Part shown: piece by piece, positions 1 through 7,675 of the stretch
Layout: each line of letters starts with the position of its first letter
Position numbering within the stretch: position 1 is the first letter of the stretch
NCBI RefSeq assembly: GCF_008065095.1
Contig: NZ_CP042911.1
Coordinates: 240,001-272,000, forward strand
From: Gemmata obscuriglobus
GTDB taxonomy: Bacteria; Planctomycetota; Planctomycetia; Gemmatales; Gemmataceae
Direction: 5' to 3'
Length of the DNA stretch: 32,000 nt
The notes under the pieces: generated by a model
Seen by the model: the letters and a program-made list of their open reading frames with translations, nothing else
What the model was told of the DNA's origin: nothing
Databases searched by the model: none
Translations under genes and position numbers: made by a program

Positions 1-136
1 ACAGTTTCTCGCAGCCGCAGAGGAACTACGCGGGGTGTTAGAGTGGCACGAGTTGCGGGCCGCAAAGCACCAGACGGCCGCCCGGTCCGTGCGCGCGCTC
101 CTTGCAGAGCGGGGCGTGCGCATGCCGCGCAAATAA
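1..136 (+). CDS. 3' end of an unidentified CDS entering from upstream of the window (…ELRGVLEWHELRAAKHQTAARSVRALLAERGVRMPRK*)
   Basis: Frame 2 is open from position 2 to the TAA at 134-136. It is absent from the ORF track because it has no start in the window. I recognise no family. Confidence 0.3.
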   Translation, partial: QFLAAAEELRGVLEWHELRAAKHQTAARSVRALLAERGVRMPRK

Positions 137-205
137 GGGTTGGCACCACACGGAACGGCTTCTGTCTTCCAGGCATCAACCGGCGGAAAGCGAACGCTCA
201 GCGGC

Positions 206-856
206 TCATGTGGTGACGAGCCACCCGCGGCGGGCGGCGTACTGGACGATGTCCACCCGGGTGCGCACCCCGAGCTTTTCCATCGACCGCGTCTTGTACG
301 TCTCGACGGTCTTCACCGACAGCTTGAGCCGGCCCGCGATCTCCTTGTTACTGTACCCCAAGGCAATGAGCCGCACCACTTCGGTCTCGCGCTCGCTCAG
401 GTCGGCCCCTGTGCCGCCGGCATCGCGTGCCGGATCGTTGACCTCGCTCAATTCCCCGGTCGCCAGCGCCGGGTCCAGGTAGGTGCCGCCGCCGGCGACC
501 GCTCGAATCGCCTGCACCAGTTCGGACGGGGCGGCCCGCTTGAGCACGTACCCGGCGGCCCCGGCCTCGAGCAACCGCCGCATGTACCCGCGGTCCTCGT
601 GTACCGTCAGTGCGAGCACCTTGCGGTCCGGCCGCTCGGCCCGCAGGTGTGCGGTTACCTCGGCCCCGTTCAGCTCGGGCATCGACACGTCCACCACCAC
701 CACATCCGGGTCCAGTTCTGTGGTGAGCGTAACGGCCGCACGGCCGTCGCTCGCCTCGCCCACGAGTTCCATACCGGGCTCGGCGCTGATGAGCGCCTTC
801 AGCCCCTCGCGCACGACCGCGTGGTCGTCGGCCAGCAGCACGCGGATGTTGTCCAT
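206..856 (-). CDS. NarL/FixJ-family two-component response regulator (REC domain + LuxR-type HTH)
   Basis: In ORF 206..952 I trimmed the start to the ATG at 856 (MDNIRVLLADDHAVVREGL…), which is preceded by GAGGAA. Receiver motifs are DDH…D…MPELNG. The C-terminus LSERETEVVRLIALGYSNKEIAGRLKLSVKTVETYK is a classic LuxR/GerE HTH. Confidence 0.9.
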   Translation of the reverse strand: MDNIRVLLADDHAVVREGLKALISAEPGMELVGEASDGRAAVTLTTELDPDVVVVDVSMPELNGAEVTAHLRAERPDRKVLALTVHEDRGYMRRLLEAGAAGYVLKRAAPSELVQAIRAVAGGGTYLDPALATGELSEVNDPARDAGGTGADLSERETEVVRLIALGYSNKEIAGRLKLSVKTVETYKTRSMEKLGVRTRVDIVQYAARRGWLVTT

Positions 857-1162
857 CTGGCGGTTCCTCGTTCTGGGCGAACCGGGCAGCTCCGGTTCCG
901 GCTTCCGCACGGAACACAAGTCCGAGTTGGACCAATAAGATTTTAGCTTCATTTATAAGCAAATCATGTGCCGTTAGTGCAGATCTCGCGAAATTGAAGT
1001 CCATGAAACCCCGCTGTCGTACATACGCGACTTGCGGGCGCTGCGATCGGATGGTTTTCACCGCGGCTGGTTGCATCGTGAAATGCGGCCCACGATCGCA
1101 TCTTGGCCCGCGGCTTGCCTCTTATTTCCACCCGCGCCCTACGGACTTTTGAGGAGAGCGTC

Positions 1163-1474
1163 ATGCCACGCGGCAGCAAGGACAAATACACGGACAAACA
1201 GAAGCGAAAAGCCGAACACATCGCGGACACCTATGAGGAACGCGGGGTGCCGGAAGACGAGGCGAAGCGCCGTGCCTGGGCAACTGTAAACGCGGACTCG
1301 GGTGGCGGGAACAAATCGGGCAGCGGGCGTGGGGTGCCCGACACGAACGCCGCGGCCCGCCGGGGGGGAGTGAAGGGCGGAGCAGCATCGGCCGGGCGCA
1401 GCGCCGCACAGCGATCAGAAAGCGCCAAGAAGGCCGCGGCCACACGAAAACGCAACGCCGCTCGCGCGAAGTGA
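1163..1474 (+). CDS. Small basic conserved protein (MPRGSKDKYTDKQKRKAEHI…EAKRRAWATVN; ChaB-like/'plasmid stabilization'-annotated family), function unknown
   Basis: The ATG at 1163 lies 5 nt after GAGGAG. The N-terminal 45 aa match a widespread small-protein pattern (KYT.KQ.R.AEHI…RGV…EA.RRAWATVN). The C-terminal tail is low-complexity and basic. Confidence 0.7.
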   Translation: MPRGSKDKYTDKQKRKAEHIADTYEERGVPEDEAKRRAWATVNADSGGGNKSGSGRGVPDTNAAARRGGVKGGAASAGRSAAQRSESAKKAAATRKRNAARAK

Positions 1475-1617
1475 GAAGCAACTTGCCGGGGCGAGTCATT
1501 CGCCCCCCCGGCTACCGACAGCACGGGGGTTCAACTTCAAGCGGCCCAGCAGACCAGCGATACCGTAGCACGCATTTCGATACGCGGGTAACGACGGAGC
1601 ACCGTTACGGCGCTCGG

Positions 1618-2733
1618 CTACGGGGCCAATTCGAGACAGATTACCGCCCCGCTCCCCCGAAGGTACATGCGAGTACCGACAAACGCGGGATGGGCGTAGA
1701 CGCCCTTGTCCGTCCCGCCGAAGGTCGAGAGCCGGCCCAGTTCCGTGTACTCTCGCGCAGCGGCGTCGAAGAGGATCAGGTCACCGGATCGTGAGACGAT
1801 CAGAACACGTGCGTCGGTTGCGACGGCCGCGCAGTAGCCCGAGAACGCGGTCCCGTCCTCGTCGTACACGCCCTTCAAACCGTCCGTCAGACTCAAGCAG
1901 TGGAGCCGGTTCCACACTCCGAACACGTGCGCCCCCGCGACCACCGGCGTGTGTGTGTCCGGAGCCAGCTTCTTGTTCACCGCAACCGGCTTCGGGTCGA
2001 TGATCCCGTCGCCTTTAAACCCGAACAGCCGCGTCCCGTTGTTCTCGGTTGTTACCAGCAGTTTGTCGCCAACGACCAGCGGCGTGGGCACGTTGAAGTC
2101 GCCGCGCCGTTCGGGCTTCACGGTCCACAACCGTTTCCCGCTTTTCGCGTCCCATCCCCCCAGCGTTTCGGCGTCGTGCCCGACGATCTGAAACACGCCG
2201 CCCAACTTCGCCGCGACGAACGACCCGTACCCGGCCAGGGCGCCGGTGACTTTCCAGACGGGCTTCCCGGTTTTCGGGTCGAGCGCCGCCAGAGCCGCGT
2301 CTTTCCCGCCGGGGGCCACGATGAGGTTACCGCCCGCGATCAGCGGCGAGTCGCACACGCCCCACTTCCGCTCGTCCGTCGCGTCGAACTCGTCCCGCAC
2401 GTTCAGCGACCACTTCGCCTTACCGGTTTGCTGTTCCAGGCACGCGAGGTCGCCGAACGCACCCTGGCAGTACACCAAGTCGTTGTGAATGAGGGGTGTG
2501 GCGCGTGGGGAGTTGCCGTAGTCGAGCCGTCCGATGGCGGGCACGCGGTGCGCCCACACCTCTTTCCCGTCCGTGGCCTTGAGGCAGCGGAACACGTCGA
2601 CCGTGTCGTTCAGTTCGCGGTCGGAGACGAGAACGAACTCGGATGTAGCCGCAACACCACCAAGACCGGGAGCGGTGAGAGCCGTTTCCCAAACGGGATC
2701 GGCTTTGGCGGGGAGTTTGTCAGGCAGCCACAC
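1618..2733 (-). CDS. PQQ-like (BamB/YVTN-type) beta-propeller repeat protein
   Basis: This is the 371-aa ORF. It has repeated blade motifs of the type …G.V(Y/F)…DG..(L/V)W. The first possible start is the GTG at 2733, but the frame stays open upstream to 2796 and encodes NPDWTQWRGPNRDG, the usual post-signal-peptide motif of this family. No signal peptide follows the GTG. See the recoding finding. Confidence 0.85.
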   Translation of the reverse strand: MWLPDKLPAKADPVWETALTAPGLGGVAATSEFVLVSDRELNDTVDVFRCLKATDGKEVWAHRVPAIGRLDYGNSPRATPLIHNDLVYCQGAFGDLACLEQQTGKAKWSLNVRDEFDATDERKWGVCDSPLIAGGNLIVAPGGKDAALAALDPKTGKPVWKVTGALAGYGSFVAAKLGGVFQIVGHDAETLGGWDAKSGKRLWTVKPERRGDFNVPTPLVVGDKLLVTTENNGTRLFGFKGDGIIDPKPVAVNKKLAPDTHTPVVAGAHVFGVWNRLHCLSLTDGLKGVYDEDGTAFSGYCAAVATDARVLIVSRSGDLILFDAAAREYTELGRLSTFGGTDKGVYAHPAFVGTRMYLRGSGAVICLELAP

Positions 2734-2786
2734 GAGCCGGCCATCACGGTTCGGCCCGCGCCACTGTGTCCAGTCGGGGTTGCCGG

Positions 2787-3671
2787 CTACTTTTTTTTAG
2801 CCGGCTCGATGAACCCCGCCTTCGTTTCGATGGCGGCGCTGAGGTCCTTGTCCTTGCCGACCGCGAGCAGAGCGGCCCGCACCGTGTCGCGCTCGGCGGC
2901 GGTGAGGCTGCCGGTGGCGAACGCCGCGATGAACGGCACCGGGTCCGTTTCGGCGATGACGCGCAGGGCGCCTTTCTTGATCGTCCCGCACCCCTCGAGC
3001 AGCGGTTGCGCATAGGACGAGATGACGGCCGCAACCTTTTTGCCGGTCTGCGACTCCTCGACCACTTTGGTCGCGCCCTCCGAACACGTGGCGCAGGTGT
3101 CGAGCCGCGCAGGCACCTCCAAACCGAACTCCTTGAGGATCTGCACGGCGGCGGCGCTCTTCTCTTCGGCGGCGGCGTTCCCGAAGTAAACCGTGTACCC
3201 CTTGAGGTCCGCCGGGGTGGTCGCCTTGTCGGCGGCGGCGACGCAAACGAGGCCGGTCTGCGTGGTCTTACCGTCCTTGCCGGTGAGCGCCGCGAGCTGC
3301 GTCACCTCCACCTTGGCGCCCGGCGCCGTCGCGCGGATCACCGAATCCTTGCCGATAATCAGGTGGGCCTTGCCCTCGGACTTTTTCAGCGCCCCGGGCA
3401 GGCTCTCGCCGTACACCACCGCGACCGGGCGGCCGACCTTCCCCTCCAGGTACTTGCCGAATTTGTCGTAGTCGCGCTGGCCGTAGCCGCTGACGCACGG
3501 GCACGACAGGTCCTTGGACAGCGGGTCCATGACCAGCACGACGAGGGCGTTTTCGGGTATCACCACCGGCTTCTCGGCCGGCTTGGGCTTCTCGTCGCCG
3601 AGCGCGGCGGGCAGGACGGTCAGAGCGAGTGCGGTTGCAAGCGCCTCGCGGCGGCTCAGATCGGCGGCCAT
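2787..3671 (-). CDS. Tat-signal PhnD/phosphonate-type periplasmic substrate-binding-like protein
   Basis: In ORF 2787..3740 I trimmed the start to the ATG at 3671 (MAADLSRREALATALALTVLPAALG, a twin-arginine-like signal). The body resembles PhnD-like SBPs (…VMDPLSKDLSCPCVSGYGQRDYDKFGKYLEGKVGRPV…). The longer ORF start would overlap the upstream terminator hairpin. Confidence 0.75.
   Translation of the reverse strand: MAADLSRREALATALALTVLPAALGDEKPKPAEKPVVIPENALVVLVMDPLSKDLSCPCVSGYGQRDYDKFGKYLEGKVGRPVAVVYGESLPGALKKSEGKAHLIIGKDSVIRATAPGAKVEVTQLAALTGKDGKTTQTGLVCVAAADKATTPADLKGYTVYFGNAAAEEKSAAAVQILKEFGLEVPARLDTCATCSEGATKVVEESQTGKKVAAVISSYAQPLLEGCGTIKKGALRVIAETDPVPFIAAFATGSLTAAERDTVRAALLAVGKDKDLSAAIETKAGFIEPAKKK
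2790..2796 (-). other. Candidate -1 recoding site: A_AAA_AAG heptamer within an A8 run, immediately 5' of the TAG stop
   Basis: The minus strand reads GCT AAA AAA AAG TAG in the upstream gene frame. The -1 frame continues AAA GTA GCC GGC AAC CCC GAC TGG ACA CAG TGG CGC GGG CCG AAC CGT GAT GGC, which is the propeller ORF. Confidence 0.4.
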
Positions 3672-3701
3672 CGGTCGCCCCCCGGAAGAGTGGTCGGGAA
3701 C

Positions 3702-3734
3702 AAAAAAGCCGCGCGCCCGTTCGGGCGCGCGGGC
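3702..3734 (-). terminator. Rho-independent terminator-like hairpin after the 3744..5003 gene
   Basis: The minus strand reads GCCCGCGCGCCC-GAAC-GGGCGCGCGGC followed by TTTTTTG (plus-strand A6 at 3702-3707). It starts about 10 nt after the TAA at 3744-3746. Confidence 0.6.
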
Positions 3735-3743
3735 CGGCACGAC

Positions 3744-5003
3744 TTACTTCGCCTTCTTTTCCAGGATGTGGAACTTGGAGCCGGGCTGGTCGCAGAAGTA
3801 GATCTTCTGCGCGTCCGGGGACACGGCCACCGCGACGTTCTTGCACCCGCCGGTGAGCTTCACCACGCCGGCGGTCTCGAGGAACTCGCCCGACGGGCTG
3901 AACCGCTTGATGACGCCCTCGCTCTCGGCCGTGTAGATGTCGCCGACGCCGACCGCCCGGATGTTCATCGGGTTGCAGCACCCGCCGAAGCACTTCGGGT
4001 CCGTGTCCTCGCCGCGCTTGCCGAACGAGCCGACCTTTTTGCCCTCGCGGTCGTACCGGGCGAACTGGTGCTTCGTGTTCTCGGCCACCAGCACGTCCGG
4101 GCCGTGGCACTGGATGTCCATCTGCCCGCAGCACCCGCCGATCTCGCTCAGGATCTGCTTGGGGGCCGTGAGGTCCTTGGTGAACCGCCACACCGCGTAC
4201 CCGTACCCCATGTCGCCGCACGCCACGAACACGTCCTTCTCGGACACGGACATGCCGTTGGCCACCCGCAGCCGCCCGGTCATGGCCTCGATCACCTGCT
4301 CGACGGTGCGGCTCTTGTAGTCCGCCTCGATCTTCTCGTACTGCTGGATGAGGTTCTTGAACTGCTCGATCTGCCGCTCCTCGGTCTTGGACCGCTCCTC
4401 CGCCTTCTTGTCCTCGATCCGCTTGAGCTGCTCGGCGATGCTCTTACGGGCGTTGCCGTAGGATTGCGCCATCTGCTCCTTTTCTTTTTTCAACTGCGCT
4501 TCCGCCCGCGTCTTCAGCGCGTCCTTGTCCTTCATCGCGGCGGCCACGTGCGGCAGCTCGGCCGTTTCGCCGAGTTGCTTCCCGGCGGCGTCGAACTTGG
4601 CGATCTTGGCGTCCCCGGCCACGTAGATCGCGTCGTCCGGCCCGCAGTTGACCGCGGTCGCGTGGAACGGGACCTTCCAGTTCGCCACCGGCTTGCCGTC
4701 GGCGCCGAACACGTGGATCTCGGCGGTCGCGCCTTTGGCCGGCGGGCCGTACGGCTTGGGCGGGGCGACCAGGGCGACCACGTGCCCCTTGCCGTCGAGG
4801 CAAATGGTCTGGAGCGTGAGCCCCTTCTCGCCCTTCACGTCGACGGAGGCGACCACCTTGTGCGTGGTCTCGAACTTCTCCGCCGGGTTGGGCGGTGCCA
4901 CGGGCAGGACGGGCACGGCCGGGCGCGCGGCGGGCTTCTCATCGGCGACCGCGAACCCGGCGACCAGCGCCGCCGCGGCGGCGCTCAGGCGGAAGAACCT
5001 CAT
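3744..5003 (-). CDS. Secreted hypothetical protein: beta-propeller-like (NHL/YncE-type) with an internal charged coiled-coil insertion and GGCC vicinal-cysteine motifs
   Basis: In ORF 3744..5108 I trimmed the start to the ATG at 5003 (MRFFRLSAAAAALVAGFAVA signal peptide). The central ~90 aa are K/E/Q-rich heptad-like (…KTRAEAQLKKEKEQMAQ…KKAEERSKTEERQIEQFKNLIQQYEKIEADYK). Repeated motifs are IGGCCGQMD, CFGGCCNPMN and LTGGCKNV. Confidence 0.75.
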   Translation of the reverse strand: MRFFRLSAAAAALVAGFAVADEKPAARPAVPVLPVAPPNPAEKFETTHKVVASVDVKGEKGLTLQTICLDGKGHVVALVAPPKPYGPPAKGATAEIHVFGADGKPVANWKVPFHATAVNCGPDDAIYVAGDAKIAKFDAAGKQLGETAELPHVAAAMKDKDALKTRAEAQLKKEKEQMAQSYGNARKSIAEQLKRIEDKKAEERSKTEERQIEQFKNLIQQYEKIEADYKSRTVEQVIEAMTGRLRVANGMSVSEKDVFVACGDMGYGYAVWRFTKDLTAPKQILSEIGGCCGQMDIQCHGPDVLVAENTKHQFARYDREGKKVGSFGKRGEDTDPKCFGGCCNPMNIRAVGVGDIYTAESEGVIKRFSPSGEFLETAGVVKLTGGCKNVAVAVSPDAQKIYFCDQPGSKFHILEKKAK

Positions 5004-5420
5004 ACTCGAACTCCGGGAGTGGGGACAGCAACTCGGTCGGCAATTCTTAGCGTGGAGGTGACGAATAAGGTATCCGAAGCTAACCGCGAGGGCTACCATC
5101 GGGTACAATTACTTGGGCGACTGTAGGGCGAGACGCGCGAGCGTCGCCGAGATAATTGCTTGATTAGAAGGCAAGAGTCATGGTATTGACTCTTCCTAAG
5201 TGTCTCGGATACCGAATCTTCCGGCTTCCGCTCCGTGCGCCGCAGCGGGAAGCCTCCGCCAGAGTGTGCCGCATCTTGCGGCCGGCATCGCGCTGCGGCG
5301 GGGCGCATGTTACCGATCGGAGTTGGTGTTGCCCGGCCTCGGTCGTCTGGTTGTCGTTGCTCCACACCGTAGACCGCCCGCACCACGACCGACGATCCGC
5401 TGCTCCCGGAGGTCAATCGT

Positions 5421-6434
5421 ATGGCCCTTACCCGTCGCAGCCTGATGGGACTCTTCGGCCTTGCCGCGCTCCCGCCCCGACTGACCGCCGAACCCAAACG
5501 GTTGTCCGAATCGCCGAGCCCATTTACGACCGCCTTGTGGTTCGCGCACCACTTCGCGGCCCCCGGCGCCCTGACCGCCGGGAACGATCGGCAGCTCAAG
5601 CTCAAGCTGACGGCCGCACTCAACAAATCTCCGGAGCTGCCCTGGGAGGTCGCGAACGAGTTCTTCGACAAGGGCGTGCTGAAGGCTCTCGGTGACGGTG
5701 GCGCGCCGATCTCGGTGGAAAAGATGGGGCACCTGCTCCGGGAGAAGTGCCCGCAGTCTCGAAAAGACATGTTCGTCAAGGCGCGGTTACACGCCGACCT
5801 GCTGACCACGCAGTTCGACATGATCGAGGACGCCCACCAGAAGCGCGCGGAGGAACTCGTCGCCTGGGTGGTCGAGCACTACCGCGCCGGCAAGCCGCTG
5901 GGCGTCATTGCCGTCTGCACGGGGAACACGCGCCGCAGCATGCTCAGCGCGACGATGGGTAACGTCGCCGCCGCCTACTACGGCCTCCCGGACGTCTGCT
6001 TTTACAGCGGCGGCACGGACCCCGACGCCATCAACCCGCGGACGGTCGCCACGCTCAAGGAGATCGGCCTCGAGATCGAGCCGACGGGGAAAGAAGCGAC
6101 CCGCGGAAAGAAGGGGGGCGCGAACCCCGTCTACAGCGTGACGTGGGGCAAGGGACTCGCGACGCGCGAGTTCTCCAAGGTCTATTCCGATCCGCTGAAC
6201 CCGCAGAGCGGGTTCGCCGCTCTTCTCGTTTGCAGCGAGGCCGACACGGCCTGCCCGAAGGTCACCGGCGCCGCGGTCCGCATCCCGCTCCCGTACCTCG
6301 ACCCGAAGTCGTTCGACGGCGCCCCCTTCGAGTCCGCGAAGTATGCCGAGCGCCGCGACGACATCGGGCGGTTCATGCTCAGCGCCATGATGCAGGCCCG
6401 GCGCCGGCTGGAGCGGGACGGCACGCATAAGTAG
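5421..6434 (+). CDS. Tat-signal protein with a C-terminal LMW-PTP/ArsC-type (thioredoxin-coupled arsenate reductase-like) phosphatase domain
   Basis: GGAGG lies 8 nt before the ATG at 5421. MALTRRSLMGLFGLAAL is a Tat-like signal. The CX5R(S) P-loop is VCTGNTRRS. A C-x6-C pair (LVCSEADTACP) sits at the position of the ArsC Cys82/Cys89 pair. About 160 aa at the N-terminus are of unknown type. Confidence 0.8.
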   Translation: MALTRRSLMGLFGLAALPPRLTAEPKRLSESPSPFTTALWFAHHFAAPGALTAGNDRQLKLKLTAALNKSPELPWEVANEFFDKGVLKALGDGGAPISVEKMGHLLREKCPQSRKDMFVKARLHADLLTTQFDMIEDAHQKRAEELVAWVVEHYRAGKPLGVIAVCTGNTRRSMLSATMGNVAAAYYGLPDVCFYSGGTDPDAINPRTVATLKEIGLEIEPTGKEATRGKKGGANPVYSVTWGKGLATREFSKVYSDPLNPQSGFAALLVCSEADTACPKVTGAAVRIPLPYLDPKSFDGAPFESAKYAERRDDIGRFMLSAMMQARRRLERDGTHK

Positions 6435-6768
6435 CAGTTCTGCAACGCCGCTCGCCGCCTGGGGTGCGCGGCGTCTTGGCGCGGGTGCCGGCGAGAGAAA
6501 CCTTGTGGGCCGCTCCGGTGCGTGACCGTTGTCGGGCCGTTCGGGGCCGCCCGGCACACCGCGGCCCAGCTACCGTTTCCCGGTGCCGAGCCGTGGGCGC
6601 CACCGATGTGACCGATCGCACCGTACTTGTCCCGTTTGCTCACACCAATCGACAAAACGCCGATCGGCCGCCGCCCTGCGCGTCGCGACACCCCACAGCG
6701 CCCTCGCGGCACAGTACAATGCTCAACGTTCGTTTTCGGACCCGCTGACCGAACGCACGGAGCGCACC

Positions 6769-7665
6769 ATGTTCGTGTGGCAGGCGCACAGGGGTAAGAT
6801 CCGGTCGCTCGCGTTCAGCCCCGACGGGGGCTTGCTCGCCACCGCGACCGGCACCGGGCGGCTCGTTTCGCTCTGGAACCCGAGCACCGGCGAGCTGGTG
6901 CGCAAGCTCACGCCGCCCGGGACCGATCGGGCGGCGTGGTCGGTGACGTTCGCGTCCGGCGCGCCGCTGTTCGCCGCCGGGCTGTCCGCGTCCGTGTGCG
7001 TCTGGAACACCGCGGACTGGTCCCCGGTGGCAACGCTCGTCGGGCAGCGGCGCTGGAGCGGCCCGTACTACGAGGTCGCGCTCGGGCACGGCCCGAGTCC
7101 GGGAGCGGGCGGCGCCGGGTCCACCGGCGTGTGCGTTTGGGCCGATGCCGTGAGCGGTCCCGGCCCGCGCCAGGCGAACCCGGTCATCAGCACCGACCAC
7201 ACCGCCTGCCTCGACTTCGCTCCGGACGGTACGCGGTTGGCGACCAACGAACTCGCGAAGGTGGAACTGTGCGACCCGGTCACGGGAAACGCGGTCCGCA
7301 GTTTCGCGCACACGCACTCCCGTCACCACGGCCCGGTGAAGTTCTCGCCCGACGGCACCCGGCTCGCGGTCGGCTACCGCAACACGTTGTCGGTCTATCC
7401 GGTGGCCGAAGACGGCCCTCCGGTCCACTGCCAGGGGCACACGAACGCGGTGTGGGCGGCGTGCTGGTCGAGCGACGGGCGCACGCTCCTGACCGCGTCC
7501 GCGGACGGCACCGCGCGGCTCTGGGACCCGACCTCCGGGGACGAGCGGAAGTCGTTCGCCTGGGGCATCGGTGAGATCCGGGCGGCCGCGTTCAGCGCCG
7601 ACGGGTTGCTCGGAGCCGCTGCCGGGGCCGACGGCAAGGTGGTCGTGTGGGACGTGGACGCGTGA
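6769..7665 (+). CDS. WD40-repeat protein
   Basis: In ORF 6529..7665 I trimmed the start to the ATG at 6769, which follows GGAG. It shows repeated …LAFSPDG..LA(T/S)…(V/L)WD… blades, for example HTNAVWAACWSSDGRTLLTASADGTARLWD. Confidence 0.8.
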   Translation: MFVWQAHRGKIRSLAFSPDGGLLATATGTGRLVSLWNPSTGELVRKLTPPGTDRAAWSVTFASGAPLFAAGLSASVCVWNTADWSPVATLVGQRRWSGPYYEVALGHGPSPGAGGAGSTGVCVWADAVSGPGPRQANPVISTDHTACLDFAPDGTRLATNELAKVELCDPVTGNAVRSFAHTHSRHHGPVKFSPDGTRLAVGYRNTLSVYPVAEDGPPVHCQGHTNAVWAACWSSDGRTLLTASADGTARLWDPTSGDERKSFAWGIGEIRAAAFSADGLLGAAAGADGKVVVWDVDA

Positions 7666-7675
7666 GGGCCGCGCC

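Noticed and set aside
2766-5126. 786-aa plus-strand ORF spanning the PhnD-like and secreted-propeller genes
   Set aside because: It is antisense to two genes that have clear signal peptides and motifs. Its translation is Arg/Gly/Leu/Asp-rich low-complexity sequence, typical of the opposite strand of high-GC coding DNA.
6529-6768. N-terminal extensions of several ORFs (6529..6768 for WD40, 7571..7675 for LRR, 11213..11668 for M24, 12643..12897 for DUF4198, 857..952 for the response regulator, 3672..3740 for the PhnD-like gene, 5004..5108 for the secreted propeller)
   Set aside because: The extensions are Arg/Pro-rich, overlap upstream genes or hairpins, and lack ribosome-binding sites. The internal starts have SD-like sequences and give proper signal peptides or domain starts.
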